41,630 nt of DNA, taken from IMG/VR virus record IMGVR_UViG_3300015265_000006, positions 1-41,630 of that record; one strand, given 5' to 3'. The DNA is from a virus. How positions within the stretch are numbered: the first letter of the stretch is position 1; every line of letters begins with the position of its first letter. A program made the position numbers and the translations under genes. The notes beneath the pieces were generated by a model that saw only the letters and a list, made by a program, of their open reading frames with translations, made no database searches and was not told where the DNA came from. Positions 33,418-41,493 of this stretch are shown piece after piece.

Positions 33418-34007
33418 GCTGCTCTCCTGAGTTCACGGGTCTTGGCGCGGTATTCGGCGGTGAGGGCCTTGAGATCTTCGATGGTGTAGCGCTTGGGCTC
33501 ATGGGGGCCTTCTAACCACTCGACCTGCTCGGCGCCGATGCGCTTCACCAGCTCGATTCGGTATTCAACGATTGCCCCGGACTTCCCCATGTTGCAGTTG
33601 CGGTTGCACTGCAGGTGGACGTTCAGCGGCTCAAAGCGCAACTCTGGGCACGACTTAACGGTGCGGTAATGGCCGGCTGCGTACTGGACATTTGCAGTCG
33701 TCCCGCAAGAGATACATGGTTTTCCAGCGTCTCTGGCGCGTATCCAGGCGTTGAAAGCGGTCTGGCAGTCACGCATGTACTGCCCCTTCGTCTTAACGCG
33801 CTCCTTGGCCGCTCTCAGCTCCTTGCGGCCTACATCGGCGAGGGCCTTTCGAGCCTTGTCGGCGTTCTCTGACTTGATCGCCAGTCCACAGGCTGGGCTG
33901 CAGACCTTCTGACCGAGGCGATGAGGCGCGAATGAGGCCCTGCACTCTGGGTTGGCGCAGGTCTTTGGTTTGCGGGGCTTGGATGGGAGGGTCATGCAGC
34001 CTCCCAC
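33414..34007 (-). CDS. ninG: NinG-like recombination protein
   Basis: CANPECRASFAPHRLGQKVCSPACGLAIK...YMRDCQTAFNAWIRARDAGKPCISCG...AGHYRTVKSCPELRFEPLNVHLQCNRNCNMGKSG. Confidence 0.92.
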   Translation of the reverse strand: MGGCMTLPSKPRKPKTCANPECRASFAPHRLGQKVCSPACGLAIKSENADKARKALADVGRKELRAAKERVKTKGQYMRDCQTAFNAWIRARDAGKPCISCGTTANVQYAAGHYRTVKSCPELRFEPLNVHLQCNRNCNMGKSGAIVEYRIELVKRIGAEQVEWLEGPHEPKRYTIEDLKALTAEYRAKTRELRRAA

Positions 34008-34456
34008 TGTTCTGGCATCTGCCCTTTAGGCTCGCTCCAGACCACGCCTTTCTCAGCACCGAAGGCATACATGCACTCGATCACGTCGCCAAGCTCGGAC
34101 ACGGTCATGCGCTTGGTGCTTTCGCCCAGCATGACCACGCCGCCGTTGATGCCTTGGGCCATGCGGATCTCTTGGCGAGCCGCAGCGGTCATCAGCGCTT
34201 TCCAGTCCTCGCTGTCGAGCTTCTGCATCACACCGTTGACCGGCCAATCGACTTGGCGGGAGATGTCGCCCAGCATCGCCCAGAGCTTGGCGTTCTGCTC
34301 AAGGGTGCGGCGGGACTTCACCGGGCGGACGATGATCTCGACGGCGCTGGAGACGGACAGCTCAGCGGCGAACTGGAAGGCCAGCTTGAACACGTCGCGG
34401 ATGCGATTGGCTCCGGCTGACCAGAAGTGACGAGGTTTGACGATGACGTTACCCAC
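33992..34456 (-). CDS. ninB: NinB-like recombination protein
   Basis: RRTLEQNAKLWAMLGDISRQVDWPVNG...SEDWKALMTAA. Confidence 0.88.
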   Translation of the reverse strand: MGNVIVKPRHFWSAGANRIRDVFKLAFQFAAELSVSSAVEIIVRPVKSRRTLEQNAKLWAMLGDISRQVDWPVNGVMQKLDSEDWKALMTAAARQEIRMAQGINGGVVMLGESTKRMTVSELGDVIECMYAFGAEKGVVWSEPKGQMPEQWEAA

Positions 34457-34673
34457 GACGCACCCCCTTCGCCTTCAGCTCCACCAAAGCCCCACAAGGC
34501 GCGCAAAGCTTCACGCCCTGAACCGCAGCGCGGCGATCCTCGGGAATCTCCTCTCCGCAGTCCTCGCACTCTTTGGCGCTGATGCCGGTGTAAACGGTGC
34601 GAGTAGCAATTCGGTGGGCCATGTCGGCCTCGATGCGCTCTTGCGCGATATCGATGTCATCGGCCATCAGCAT
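34449..34673 (-). CDS. TraR/DksA-like zinc finger protein
   Basis: [30 protein letters not shown]. Confidence 0.82.
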   Translation of the reverse strand: MLMADDIDIAQERIEADMAHRIATRTVYTGISAKECEDCGEEIPEDRRAAVQGVKLCAPCGALVELKAKGVRRG

Positions 34674-36046
34674 TTCTCCTTGCTTGCGTAGCGGCTGGCG
34701 AGAGGCGTCACCTTGGCGGTGGTCTCTACTGGTTCGGCTTTCCAGCCGGCGGCGAGGTTTTCAAAACGGTTGTACTGACCGAGGAATGCAGCGCGAACGG
34801 TTCCGGTTTCAACGTCCCGGCCCTTGCCGATAATGATTTCGGCTACGCCCTTGTATTCGCTGTGCTCGTTGTAAACCTCATCGCGGTACACGAAGAGGAT
34901 CACGTCGGCGTCCTGCTCGATGGCGCCTGACTCACGCAGGTCTGACGGGATCGGGCGTTTGTTCGGGCGTTCCTCGCATTTCCTGGAGAGCTGACTGAGC
35001 AGCACAACGGGGATGCCCAGCTCACGAGCAAGGAGCTTGCAGCCACGGCTGATGCTGCTGACCTCTTAGGTGCGGTTGCCGCCCTCGCCTTCCATGAGCT
35101 GCAGGTAATCGACCATGAGGATGTCGAGGCCGTAGCGCATTTTGTGGCGCCGTGCGAGCGAGCGAATGCGCCCGACTGTTGCGCCGGCACGGTCAGCGAT
35201 GAAGAGCTTGGACTTGTGAATCCTCGATGTGGCGACGGAAAGCTGATGGCTGTGCGTCTCGCAGGCGGTGCCGTTCTTGATCAGGCTGAGCGGAATCTTG
35301 CCTTCAGACGCCACTGCGCGGTCGATCAACTGGCCCTTGCTCATCTCCAGGCTAACAACAAGGCCGGATTTTGCTTGGCGAATCGCAGCGTTGATCACGA
35401 ACCCCATGGCAAGAGTGGTCTTGCCCATCGCTGGACGGCCGGCAACGATGATTAGCTGCTCGGGCTGCAACCCGCCAAGCACTTTGTCTAGGTCATCCAG
35501 ACCAGTAGACAGGCCGATAAGTGTCTCGCCTTTCAGGTAGCGGTCATACCGATCCTGCCAGACCTCGACCTGATCACCGATGATGTCGGAAGCGCGCACC
35601 ACATCATCCGAGCCGGCGCCGCTGTCGAGCGCCATCGCAGCAGCTTGGATTGCGGAGATTTTCGACTGGGTATCCTGCTCGCTCTGCGCTATGTCCATCG
35701 CATTGCTGCCCAGATCGTACAGAGCGCGGTCTATGGCGCGCTCACGGACGATTGCAGCGTAGGTTGATGCGTTGGCCACGCTTGGGGTGTTATCGACGAT
35801 CTCAGCACAGTAGCCGAGCCCACGGACGCCATTCGGCAGTACACCGATGTGTTCTCCGACCGTCAGGAAGTCCACGGACTGGCGCAGAGCGCGGACAGCC
35901 ATGATCCCGCGATAGACCTCGGCATTCTCTGGGAAGTAGAACGACTCGGCAGACAGATCGTCGCTCAGGGTTTCGATCAACTCAGGGCGCTTCATCATCG
36001 CGCCCAGCAGGCCGTGCTCGGCCTCGATGCTGTAGGGATCACGCAT
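34667..36046 (-). pseudogene. dnaB: DnaB-type replicative helicase interrupted by one in-frame TAA (35066..35068 on + coordinates)
   Basis: N-terminal DPYSIEAEHGLLGAMM, Walker A AGRPAMGKTTLAM, Walker B DILMVDYLQLM, then [63 protein letters not shown] in the same frame. Confidence 0.85.
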
Positions 36047-36839
36047 TGTAATTGCCCTCCACAACCTTCACGAAGTTGCTTGGGGCAATCAGCCAGTCGA
36101 AGGAGGCGCGGAACGACTTCCCACCGTTGCGGCCTGGAACGCGGCCCATCAGGAAGTCAGAAGTCTTTACTTGGAAAAAGTAATCAGCCCAGAACTCAAG
36201 GTCTCGGTGAACAGGGCTTTCACGCCACCGAGCTTGCAGCGAGCGCTTGCGGCTGTCGTTGAGCATTGCTACTGCTGGCAGCTCAGGGAGCGCTTGGTGG
36301 TACAGGTTGACAATGGCCTGATATGGGCAAGCTTCGATTGCCGGCGCCTGACGGGAAACTTTCTCCGCTTGCTCTGGTTGACGCTCGGCGTCGACGACTA
36401 CTCCGTTAGGAGTAGTATTTGTATTTCTTTCTTTAATGTGTGTAGTTTCCAACACAGTGGAGTGTATGTTTTTTACACAGTGTGTAGATTTCGACACGGT
36501 AGGTTTTGGGTCTACTTTCCATTCTTTTGGAGGGAGGAAAGTGATCGGATCTCGACTGCCACCGTCACGGAAAAGTACCCGCTGACGGATCAGCGAATTG
36601 ATCGCTCTGGAGACGTTTGCGCGTTCGTTGCCGGCGCCGCTCTCGCCGTACATCATCTTGGCGATATACATGGCCGCCACCTTCACGGCTTCCTTGTTGT
36701 AGCCGGCAGTGAGCCGATGTACAGCAAGAGCGACGCGCAGTTCACGACCAGACAGTTCAGCCCCAATTAGGGCCTCATACAGCTCGTTGTCCATCCGGGT
36801 AAAGCCCCCGGCCGATTTCAGTTGGATGACGTTGCTCAT
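36039..36839 (-). CDS. Replication protein O-like (N-terminal wHTH)
   Basis: GFTRMDNELYEALIGAELSGRELRVALAVHRLTAGYNKEAVKVAAMYIAKMM...NVSRAINSLIRQRVLFRDG. Confidence 0.8.
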   Translation of the reverse strand: MSNVIQLKSAGGFTRMDNELYEALIGAELSGRELRVALAVHRLTAGYNKEAVKVAAMYIAKMMYGESGAGNERANVSRAINSLIRQRVLFRDGGSRDPITFLPPKEWKVDPKPTVSKSTHCVKNIHSTVLETTHIKERNTNTTPNGVVVDAERQPEQAEKVSRQAPAIEACPYQAIVNLYHQALPELPAVAMLNDSRKRSLQARWRESPVHRDLEFWADYFFQVKTSDFLMGRVPGRNGGKSFRASFDWLIAPSNFVKVVEGNYNA

Positions 36840-37027
36840 GCCGATTCCCCTTCGTGCGACAGGGATGCCTTCAGGTGCTGGAGGCATTCACGGCGAAACT
36901 TGGTCTTGGAGTCGTTGGTGTATTGGAAGCGGATCATGCGGGCGGCATACATCGCGGCGTGCTGGTGAAAGCTCACGGCGTGCGATGTAAATACCGGGGG
37001 GTTGACGCTGGTATCGATATTGGTCAT
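36836..37027 (-). CDS. Small hypothetical protein
   Basis: MTNIDTSVNPPVFTSHAVSFHQHAAMYAARMIRFQYTNDSKTKFRRECLQHLKASLSHEGESA. Confidence 0.6.
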   Translation of the reverse strand: MTNIDTSVNPPVFTSHAVSFHQHAAMYAARMIRFQYTNDSKTKFRRECLQHLKASLSHEGESA

Positions 37028-37064
37028 TATTCGCTCCAGAACGTTGTGCAATACGTTGTGAAAG

Positions 37065-37092
37065 AAACCAGGCCGTGAACCTGGTTTTTTTT
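37065..37092 (+). terminator. Hairpin AAACCAGG/CCTGGTTT with T-run
   Basis: aaaccaggccgtgaacctggtttttttt; the - strand side is followed by only a weak TTTCTTT run. Confidence 0.5.
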
Positions 37093-37105
37093 CGCCTGTG
37101 ATTTG

Positions 37106-37312
37106 TCATTGATCATTTTTGAGTCCCTCTTTAGGGTCTAATTGGTACAGCTTTGCCTTCGGTCGCCCGAGTTTTGCCGGGCCTCCCATCGCCAGAAACT
37201 CAATGGCGATTTCCTCAAGCGCTTCATCGATGCTCAGGCCCTTCTTGAGGGCGTATGCAGCGATCCTTTCCTTCGAGCGGCTAGACAGGCGCTCGTAATC
37301 AATTTCAGGCAC
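37106..37312 (-). CDS. Small hypothetical protein
   Basis: 68 aa, helical, between Arc-like and replication genes. Confidence 0.6.
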   Translation of the reverse strand: MPEIDYERLSSRSKERIAAYALKKGLSIDEALEEIAIEFLAMGGPAKLGRPKAKLYQLDPKEGLKNDQ

Positions 37313-37330
37313 GTGACCTCCAAAGGGCCT

Positions 37331-37531
37331 CTAGGCCGCGCTAGACTTCTGGTCGTCCTTACTCAGTGCTTCGATTGCTCCGTTTTCGACGGCCCACTCG
37401 ATCATTTCGTAGAGGTATGTGGCGTGTTGCATTTCGGCGCGCTCAGCAGCACGGACCAGAATCCGGTCGAGCGTTTTGTTGAAACGAACCTTCCGAGGTG
37501 TGTCGCGCTTGTGGGATTGATCTGCGTACAT
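37331..37531 (-). CDS. Arc/ribbon-helix-helix-like protein
   Basis: RDTPRKVRFNKTLDRILVRAAERAEMQHATYLYEMIEWAVENG. Confidence 0.6.
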   Translation of the reverse strand: MYADQSHKRDTPRKVRFNKTLDRILVRAAERAEMQHATYLYEMIEWAVENGAIEALSKDDQKSSAA

Positions 37532-37561
37532 CGGTGATTTCCTTTCGTGGCTGGGAATTGG

Positions 37562-37756
37562 TTAGGCGGCAGGAGTAAGGAAGCGCATGGCATCTTCGGA
37601 TGCTTTGAGTGCGCCGCCAGTGATCGCCTGCAACTGAAGCTGGCGAAGGGGAGGCACCGATTCAGGCCACTGAGAAACCGCTCCAGGGCTAATGCCCAGA
37701 GCCTCAGCAACCTTACTGACGCCTTTGAAGTGGTTGAGAACCTCAGTCTTTTTCAT
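37562..37756 (-). CDS. cro: Cro-like repressor
   Basis: FKGVSKVAEALGISPGAVSQWPESVPPLRQLQLQAITGG; divergent from cI. Confidence 0.85.
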   Translation of the reverse strand: MKKTEVLNHFKGVSKVAEALGISPGAVSQWPESVPPLRQLQLQAITGGALKASEDAMRFLTPAA

Positions 37757-37780
37757 AAGTGCTCCACTTGGTTTGGTTGA

Positions 37781-37809
37781 ATTTAAGCATGCTTAATCAA
37801 CCAGCGCAA
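37781..37809 (-). promoter_or_regulatory. Putative early leftward promoter (cro side)
   Basis: - strand TTGCGC-17 nt-TTAAAT with the -10 overlapping the palindrome TTAAGCATGCTTAA. Confidence 0.5.
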
Positions 37810-37853
37810 GACGGCACTGCATGCTTAAGTACGCGGGAATTAAGCTGGCTTAA
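37783..37853. promoter_or_regulatory. Operator cluster 1: 37783..37796 TTAAGCATGCTTAA, 37815..37828 CACTGCATGCTTAA (half-site), 37840..37853 TTAAGCTGGCTTAA
   Basis: Repeated inverted-repeat motif in the cI-cro intergenic region. Confidence 0.75.
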
Positions 37854-37873
37854 ATTTTGACGGGATTCATCTG

Positions 37874-38602
37874 ATGATATTTTTCGGGCGGGAGATCGCT
37901 GAGCCAGCCGGGCGGCATGAACGCGTCGCATTGGCGATAGAGCACAGCAAACTGTCAAAAACCGAGATGGCGAAGCGGTGCGGGGTATCACCGTCCGCCG
38001 TAACGCAGTGGACGACTGGTGAAACCGCATCTATAAGACCAGAGAACCTTTTCGCGCTTGCGTCCGAGTCTGGAGTAAGCGCAAGGTGGATCGCGACTGG
38101 TGAAGGAACCCCAGAGCCGTACAGGCCGGGTAACAATGTGATTGCGTGGGAAGCGCCTGAGGATCTTCCAGATGACCAGTTTATTATCGTGCCTCGGATA
38201 GAGGTGAGATTTGCTGCAGGGACGGGAGAGATGGTGATAGAGGAAGTGCACCAGGATCAGGGAAATGCGTACCGGATGGATTGGATAAGGCGAAAGCGGC
38301 TGAACCCCAAAAACTTGTCAGACTTCATCGTAACTGGAGAGTCAATGGAGCCAACTCTCCCGCAAGGCGCAAAGGTCACACTGGACTTAAGCAACACCGC
38401 GATTCAGGACGGGAAAGTCTACGGCATCCGATATGGAAATGAATTGCGGATCAAGAGGCTATATAAGAGGTTCGATGGTGGGCTGATCATCCGCTCCGAC
38501 AATGCCACGAAGAACCCAGACGAAAGCCTTAACCCCGACCAGCTTGAGCACGTAACTGTCATTGGACGGTACGTTGCGCACAGCTTCGACGGCGATATCT
38601 AG
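37874..38602 (+). CDS. cI: CI-like repressor, HTH + S24/LexA autopeptidase
   Basis: SKTEMAKRCGVSPSAVTQWTTG HTH, FAAGTGE cleavage-like site, GESMEPTLPQG (Ser), RYGNELRIKRLYKR (Lys). Confidence 0.92.
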   Translation: MIFFGREIAEPAGRHERVALAIEHSKLSKTEMAKRCGVSPSAVTQWTTGETASIRPENLFALASESGVSARWIATGEGTPEPYRPGNNVIAWEAPEDLPDDQFIIVPRIEVRFAAGTGEMVIEEVHQDQGNAYRMDWIRRKRLNPKNLSDFIVTGESMEPTLPQGAKVTLDLSNTAIQDGKVYGIRYGNELRIKRLYKRFDGGLIIRSDNATKNPDESLNPDQLEHVTVIGRYVAHSFDGDI

Positions 38603-38630
38603 TCCGAAAGTCGTATTGCGTGACCCACCG

Positions 38631-38654
38631 AAGCCCGCCTAGCGCGGGCTTTTT
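38631..38654 (+). terminator. Rho-independent terminator after cI
   Basis: aagcccgcctagcgcgggctttttg. Confidence 0.8.
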
Positions 38655-38666
38655 GCTGCCTCATGG

Positions 38667-38725
38667 TTAAGCTTGCTAAATTATTTTCATCAGCATGCTT
38701 GACGCGACCTTTTAAGCAAGCTTAA
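38667..38725. promoter_or_regulatory. Operator cluster 2: 38667..38680 TTAAGCTTGCTAAA, 38689..38702 ATCAGCATGCTTGA, 38712..38725 TTAAGCAAGCTTAA
   Basis: Same motif as cluster 1, centre spacing 22-23 bp. Confidence 0.75.
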
Positions 38726-38727
38726 AT
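38699..38727 (+). promoter_or_regulatory. Putative early rightward promoter
   Basis: TTGACG-17 nt-TTAAAT overlapping two operators of cluster 2. Confidence 0.65.
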
Positions 38728-38986
38728 GACCTCAAGCCGAACGAAACACAGGCCCGCAACAAGGCAGCGATGAACCGGCCTCAACGGTTCAGAGGGTTGG
38801 CAACTGACCCGGGTGTGCAGCGTAAAGCACCGAAAGCAGTTTTCTGGCGGACAGGGTCGCGGCTGGAAGAACAATCTGAGATTCAAGCCGGTGACCGACG
38901 CCAGTAGCGGGTCACGGAGATACACCCACAGATTTACTGATGCCGCTTCGATGAGGCGGCATTGGAAATCAACGGAGGGTAAGACG

Positions 38987-39217
38987 ATGACGCAAACATT
39001 TGAACAAGGATGGGCAGCTCGCTCGTTCTCAGAGCAATTCCCAGGCATGGATGCGAAAGATGCTGAACGTCTGGATCGCCTGAATCATGCGATCTCAGAC
39101 CTGTACATGGCCGACATGCTGACGGATAGCCAACTCCAGGCTATCAGGGAGAAAAAGATGCCAAAGGCCGTCAGCAAAGCAGTGGCAAAGATGAAAGCAA
39201 GCGCTACGTCAGCCTGA
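38987..39217 (+). CDS. Hypothetical protein, first clear gene of the rightward operon
   Basis: MTQTFEQGWAARSFSEQFPGMDAKDAERLDRLNHAISDLYMADMLTDSQLQAIREKKMPKAV; GGAGGG upstream. Confidence 0.6.
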   Translation: MTQTFEQGWAARSFSEQFPGMDAKDAERLDRLNHAISDLYMADMLTDSQLQAIREKKMPKAVSKAVAKMKASATSA

Positions 39218-39448
39218 ACCATCTTCCTGCGCATTCCCAGAGTGCGCAGCGGGATGCGGACGAAAGCAACCTCCGCGCAACGCGGCCCCTGCATCAATCA
39301 CCACTGACGAAACACCCAGTCGCGCCTCCAGTAGAGAGCGACCGGATATCAGATGGCTTCCTGCTGTTTCAGGATCGCCATCTTGCTTTACAAATGCCTC
39401 TCAAACCCCGGGAGGCATTCGAAAGCCATAAACGATGGAGAAAGTGTG

Positions 39449-39751
39449 ATGAGAGAATTCAAAGGCACGCCGGGCCCGTGGCAGCACTTAGGGGACCCTG
39501 ATGATGAGTGCCGTGTACGCCAAACAGCCTCTGTGCGGCACGGCGACGGCTACTGCTCAGAAATCACGATTTGCGAGAGCATCAGCTCAAAAGACAATGC
39601 CAGGCTGATCGCCGCCGCGCCTGAACTGCTGGCGGCATTACAAAAGCTCCACGCATCGCTGAAATCGCTGAACGACTGTGGTGATGCAGGCCGGATGGTC
39701 GAAGAAGACGTTGAAACGGCCCGCGCAGCCATTGCGCTGGTACTGGAATAA
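39449..39751 (+). CDS. Hypothetical phage protein (FKGTPGPW type)
   Basis: MREFKGTPGPWQHLGD...SKDNARLIAAAPELLAALQKLHASLKSLND. Confidence 0.75.
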   Translation: MREFKGTPGPWQHLGDPDDECRVRQTASVRHGDGYCSEITICESISSKDNARLIAAAPELLAALQKLHASLKSLNDCGDAGRMVEEDVETARAAIALVLE

Positions 39752-40040
39752 CCCACTCCATCGTCCGCCGTACGCAACGGCCCGATATCTCTCTGGGGAA
39801 ACTCGTTTAGAGAGTGCGCCTGTATCGGAGAGCACCTTGTGTAAATCGCGAATAGCTGGGCGCCACAGTGATGTCGCGGATCAAGGTGTTCTACCAATGC
39901 AGGTACAGCTGCAAGCGCCCGATTGGACGGCGTATTTACCCTGTACGACAACGCGGAGGATTTGCAGCCATGTAACAGACAGCCAAGCCCTCCAGCAGGA
40001 GGCAAACACCTCTCACGTAGGGTGGTCTTCGTGAGTGAGT

Positions 40041-40070
40041 AAAGCCCGGCATACGTGTCGGGCTTTTTAT
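40041..40070 (+). terminator. Rho-independent terminator inside the rightward early operon
   Basis: aaagcccggcatacgtgtcgggctttttat. Confidence 0.75.
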
Positions 40071-40090
40071 TGGGCGATTGGAGGTGAGTG

Positions 40091-40339
40091 ATGAGCAATA
40101 AAGGCGGTGGGCCGGCGTTCCCGGTTGCAGATTACGACCATCAAATTTTTCAGCCGAAGAATGAACTGGAGGCGAAGCGTTATTTATCCGGTATGTCCCT
40201 GCGCGATTACTTCGCGGCTAAGGCTATGCAGGCCTATGTCACAAGGGGCGGCTATCCAGATGATGGTTTTGATGAGCTCATCTCGAAATGGGCTTACGAG
40301 ATCTCGGACGCAATGCTCGAAGCGCGGGGCCAGCCATGA
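40091..40339 (+). CDS. Hypothetical phage protein
   Basis: MSNKGGGPAFPVADYDHQIFQ...LSGMSLRDYFAAKAMQAYVTRG. Confidence 0.75.
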   Translation: MSNKGGGPAFPVADYDHQIFQPKNELEAKRYLSGMSLRDYFAAKAMQAYVTRGGYPDDGFDELISKWAYEISDAMLEARGQP

Positions 40340-40461
40340 AACGCACAACCCCACCCCTCCCCCGCAAGCCCCGCCCCGACGTCCACGACTGCGCCAAAGG
40401 TCGGATGCATGACGCGCCGAGGAAGATCGTTACCACTATGCCGGGCGGGTATATCGCCTAG
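40336..40461 (+). CDS. Small hypothetical protein (41 aa)
   Basis: MKRTTPPLPRKPRPDVHDCAKGRMHDAPRKIVTTMPGGYIA; ATGA overlap with upstream ORF. Confidence 0.45.
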   Translation: MKRTTPPLPRKPRPDVHDCAKGRMHDAPRKIVTTMPGGYIA

Positions 40462-40470
40462 GAGATTGAG

Positions 40471-40704
40471 ATGAGCGAATGGATCAAGTGCAGCGAGAAT
40501 CTGCCAGAAAGCGGTGAGCCAGTCCTGATCAGGTTCGAAAATGGAGCTCACCAAGTTGGCGCGCTGTTCTGGGACGAGCCGATCCAGCCGGAAGAAACTT
40601 TCGAGCCATACCGCTACTGGGATGATCAAGACAACGACGGAAGCGGCTGGGACTCTGATCGTATCACCCACTGGATGCCGCTCCCTGCTCCGCCAACCAA
40701 ATAA
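40471..40704 (+). CDS. DUF551-like protein
   Basis: SEWIKCSENLPESGEPVLI...SDRITHWMPLPAPP. Confidence 0.85.
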   Translation: MSEWIKCSENLPESGEPVLIRFENGAHQVGALFWDEPIQPEETFEPYRYWDDQDNDGSGWDSDRITHWMPLPAPPTK

Positions 40705-40724
40705 CCCCGCCACTACTGGAGGCA

Positions 40725-41153
40725 ATGATGAACGCACGATTTGATATCTGTCAGGCCGCGCACGACGCGAAGTTGCCTCCAGCGGTCAGTGAGACGCCGG
40801 AAGAGTTGGCGCGGGCTGAGTGGCTGTATGACGCGGCTGAGCAGCTGATTCGCGGCTGCGACGTCATGTTCCAACGCCGCATGAACCCGCAGCAGGGTGT
40901 TCGGTTTCGCGACTTCGCACTGGCGGTTGATGCGCATGTGAATGCCCGCCTCGCTGATTGCCAAGTCCCAACCCCATCGCTCGGCTACCTGCTGATCGAA
41001 ACCAAGCGCGGATGCGCCGACAAGGTGTCTGCTGACGAGTTGCTTGGCTACAGCGACCACTCACTCGGCATGCTCGGCGAAATCGCTGAGAAGCTGCTAC
41101 AGCCGCTCGTAGACGATGCGCTGATTGCTCAGGCAGAGGATCTGGAATTATGA
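40725..41153 (+). CDS. Hypothetical protein
   Basis: 142 aa ORF in the operon. Confidence 0.65.
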   Translation: MMNARFDICQAAHDAKLPPAVSETPEELARAEWLYDAAEQLIRGCDVMFQRRMNPQQGVRFRDFALAVDAHVNARLADCQVPTPSLGYLLIETKRGCADKVSADELLGYSDHSLGMLGEIAEKLLQPLVDDALIAQAEDLEL

Positions 41154-41344
41154 GCGTTCACATTCTGATCGACGAAGACCTCGACGAACTCAGTCACGCC
41201 GGCTGCCCGGACAAGTACGAGATCCTGGTACTGCGCAACATCACGGCCTTCTATACCGCCAAGGCCATCACCGAAGAAGAATTCCACCACTACTGCAAAC
41301 GGCTGAATGTCGCCATCGCGAACCGGCCAAGGAGTGCGGCATGA
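41150..41344 (+). CDS. Hypothetical protein
   Basis: MSVHILIDEDLDELSHAGCPDKYEILVLRNITAFYTAKAITEEEFHHYC; ATGA coupling. Confidence 0.6.
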   Translation: MSVHILIDEDLDELSHAGCPDKYEILVLRNITAFYTAKAITEEEFHHYCKRLNVAIANRPRSAA

Positions 41345-41493
41345 ACAGCATGACTCTGGCGTTCACCCACAAATCATGGCTCGGCGCCCTCTCTCTGGCC
41401 TACGACGCCGGCATTGAAAACGTTCACGCATGGTCGCGCCGAGCCTGCCTGTGCGGTGAGTGGACTGTGGCGTACGAGGTGAAGACAACATGA
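41341..41493 (+). CDS. Small hypothetical protein (50 aa)
   Basis: MNSMTLAFTHKSWLGALSLAYDAGIENVHAWSRRACLCGEWTVAYEVKTT; ATGA coupling both sides. Confidence 0.5.
   Translation: MNSMTLAFTHKSWLGALSLAYDAGIENVHAWSRRACLCGEWTVAYEVKTT

Noticed and set aside
34667-36064. Global stop codon reassignment (TAA to Gln) suggested by DnaB
   Set aside because: The terminase, portal, integrase, CI and other core genes read without internal TAA; a single isolated nonsense codon is better explained by mutation or sequence error.
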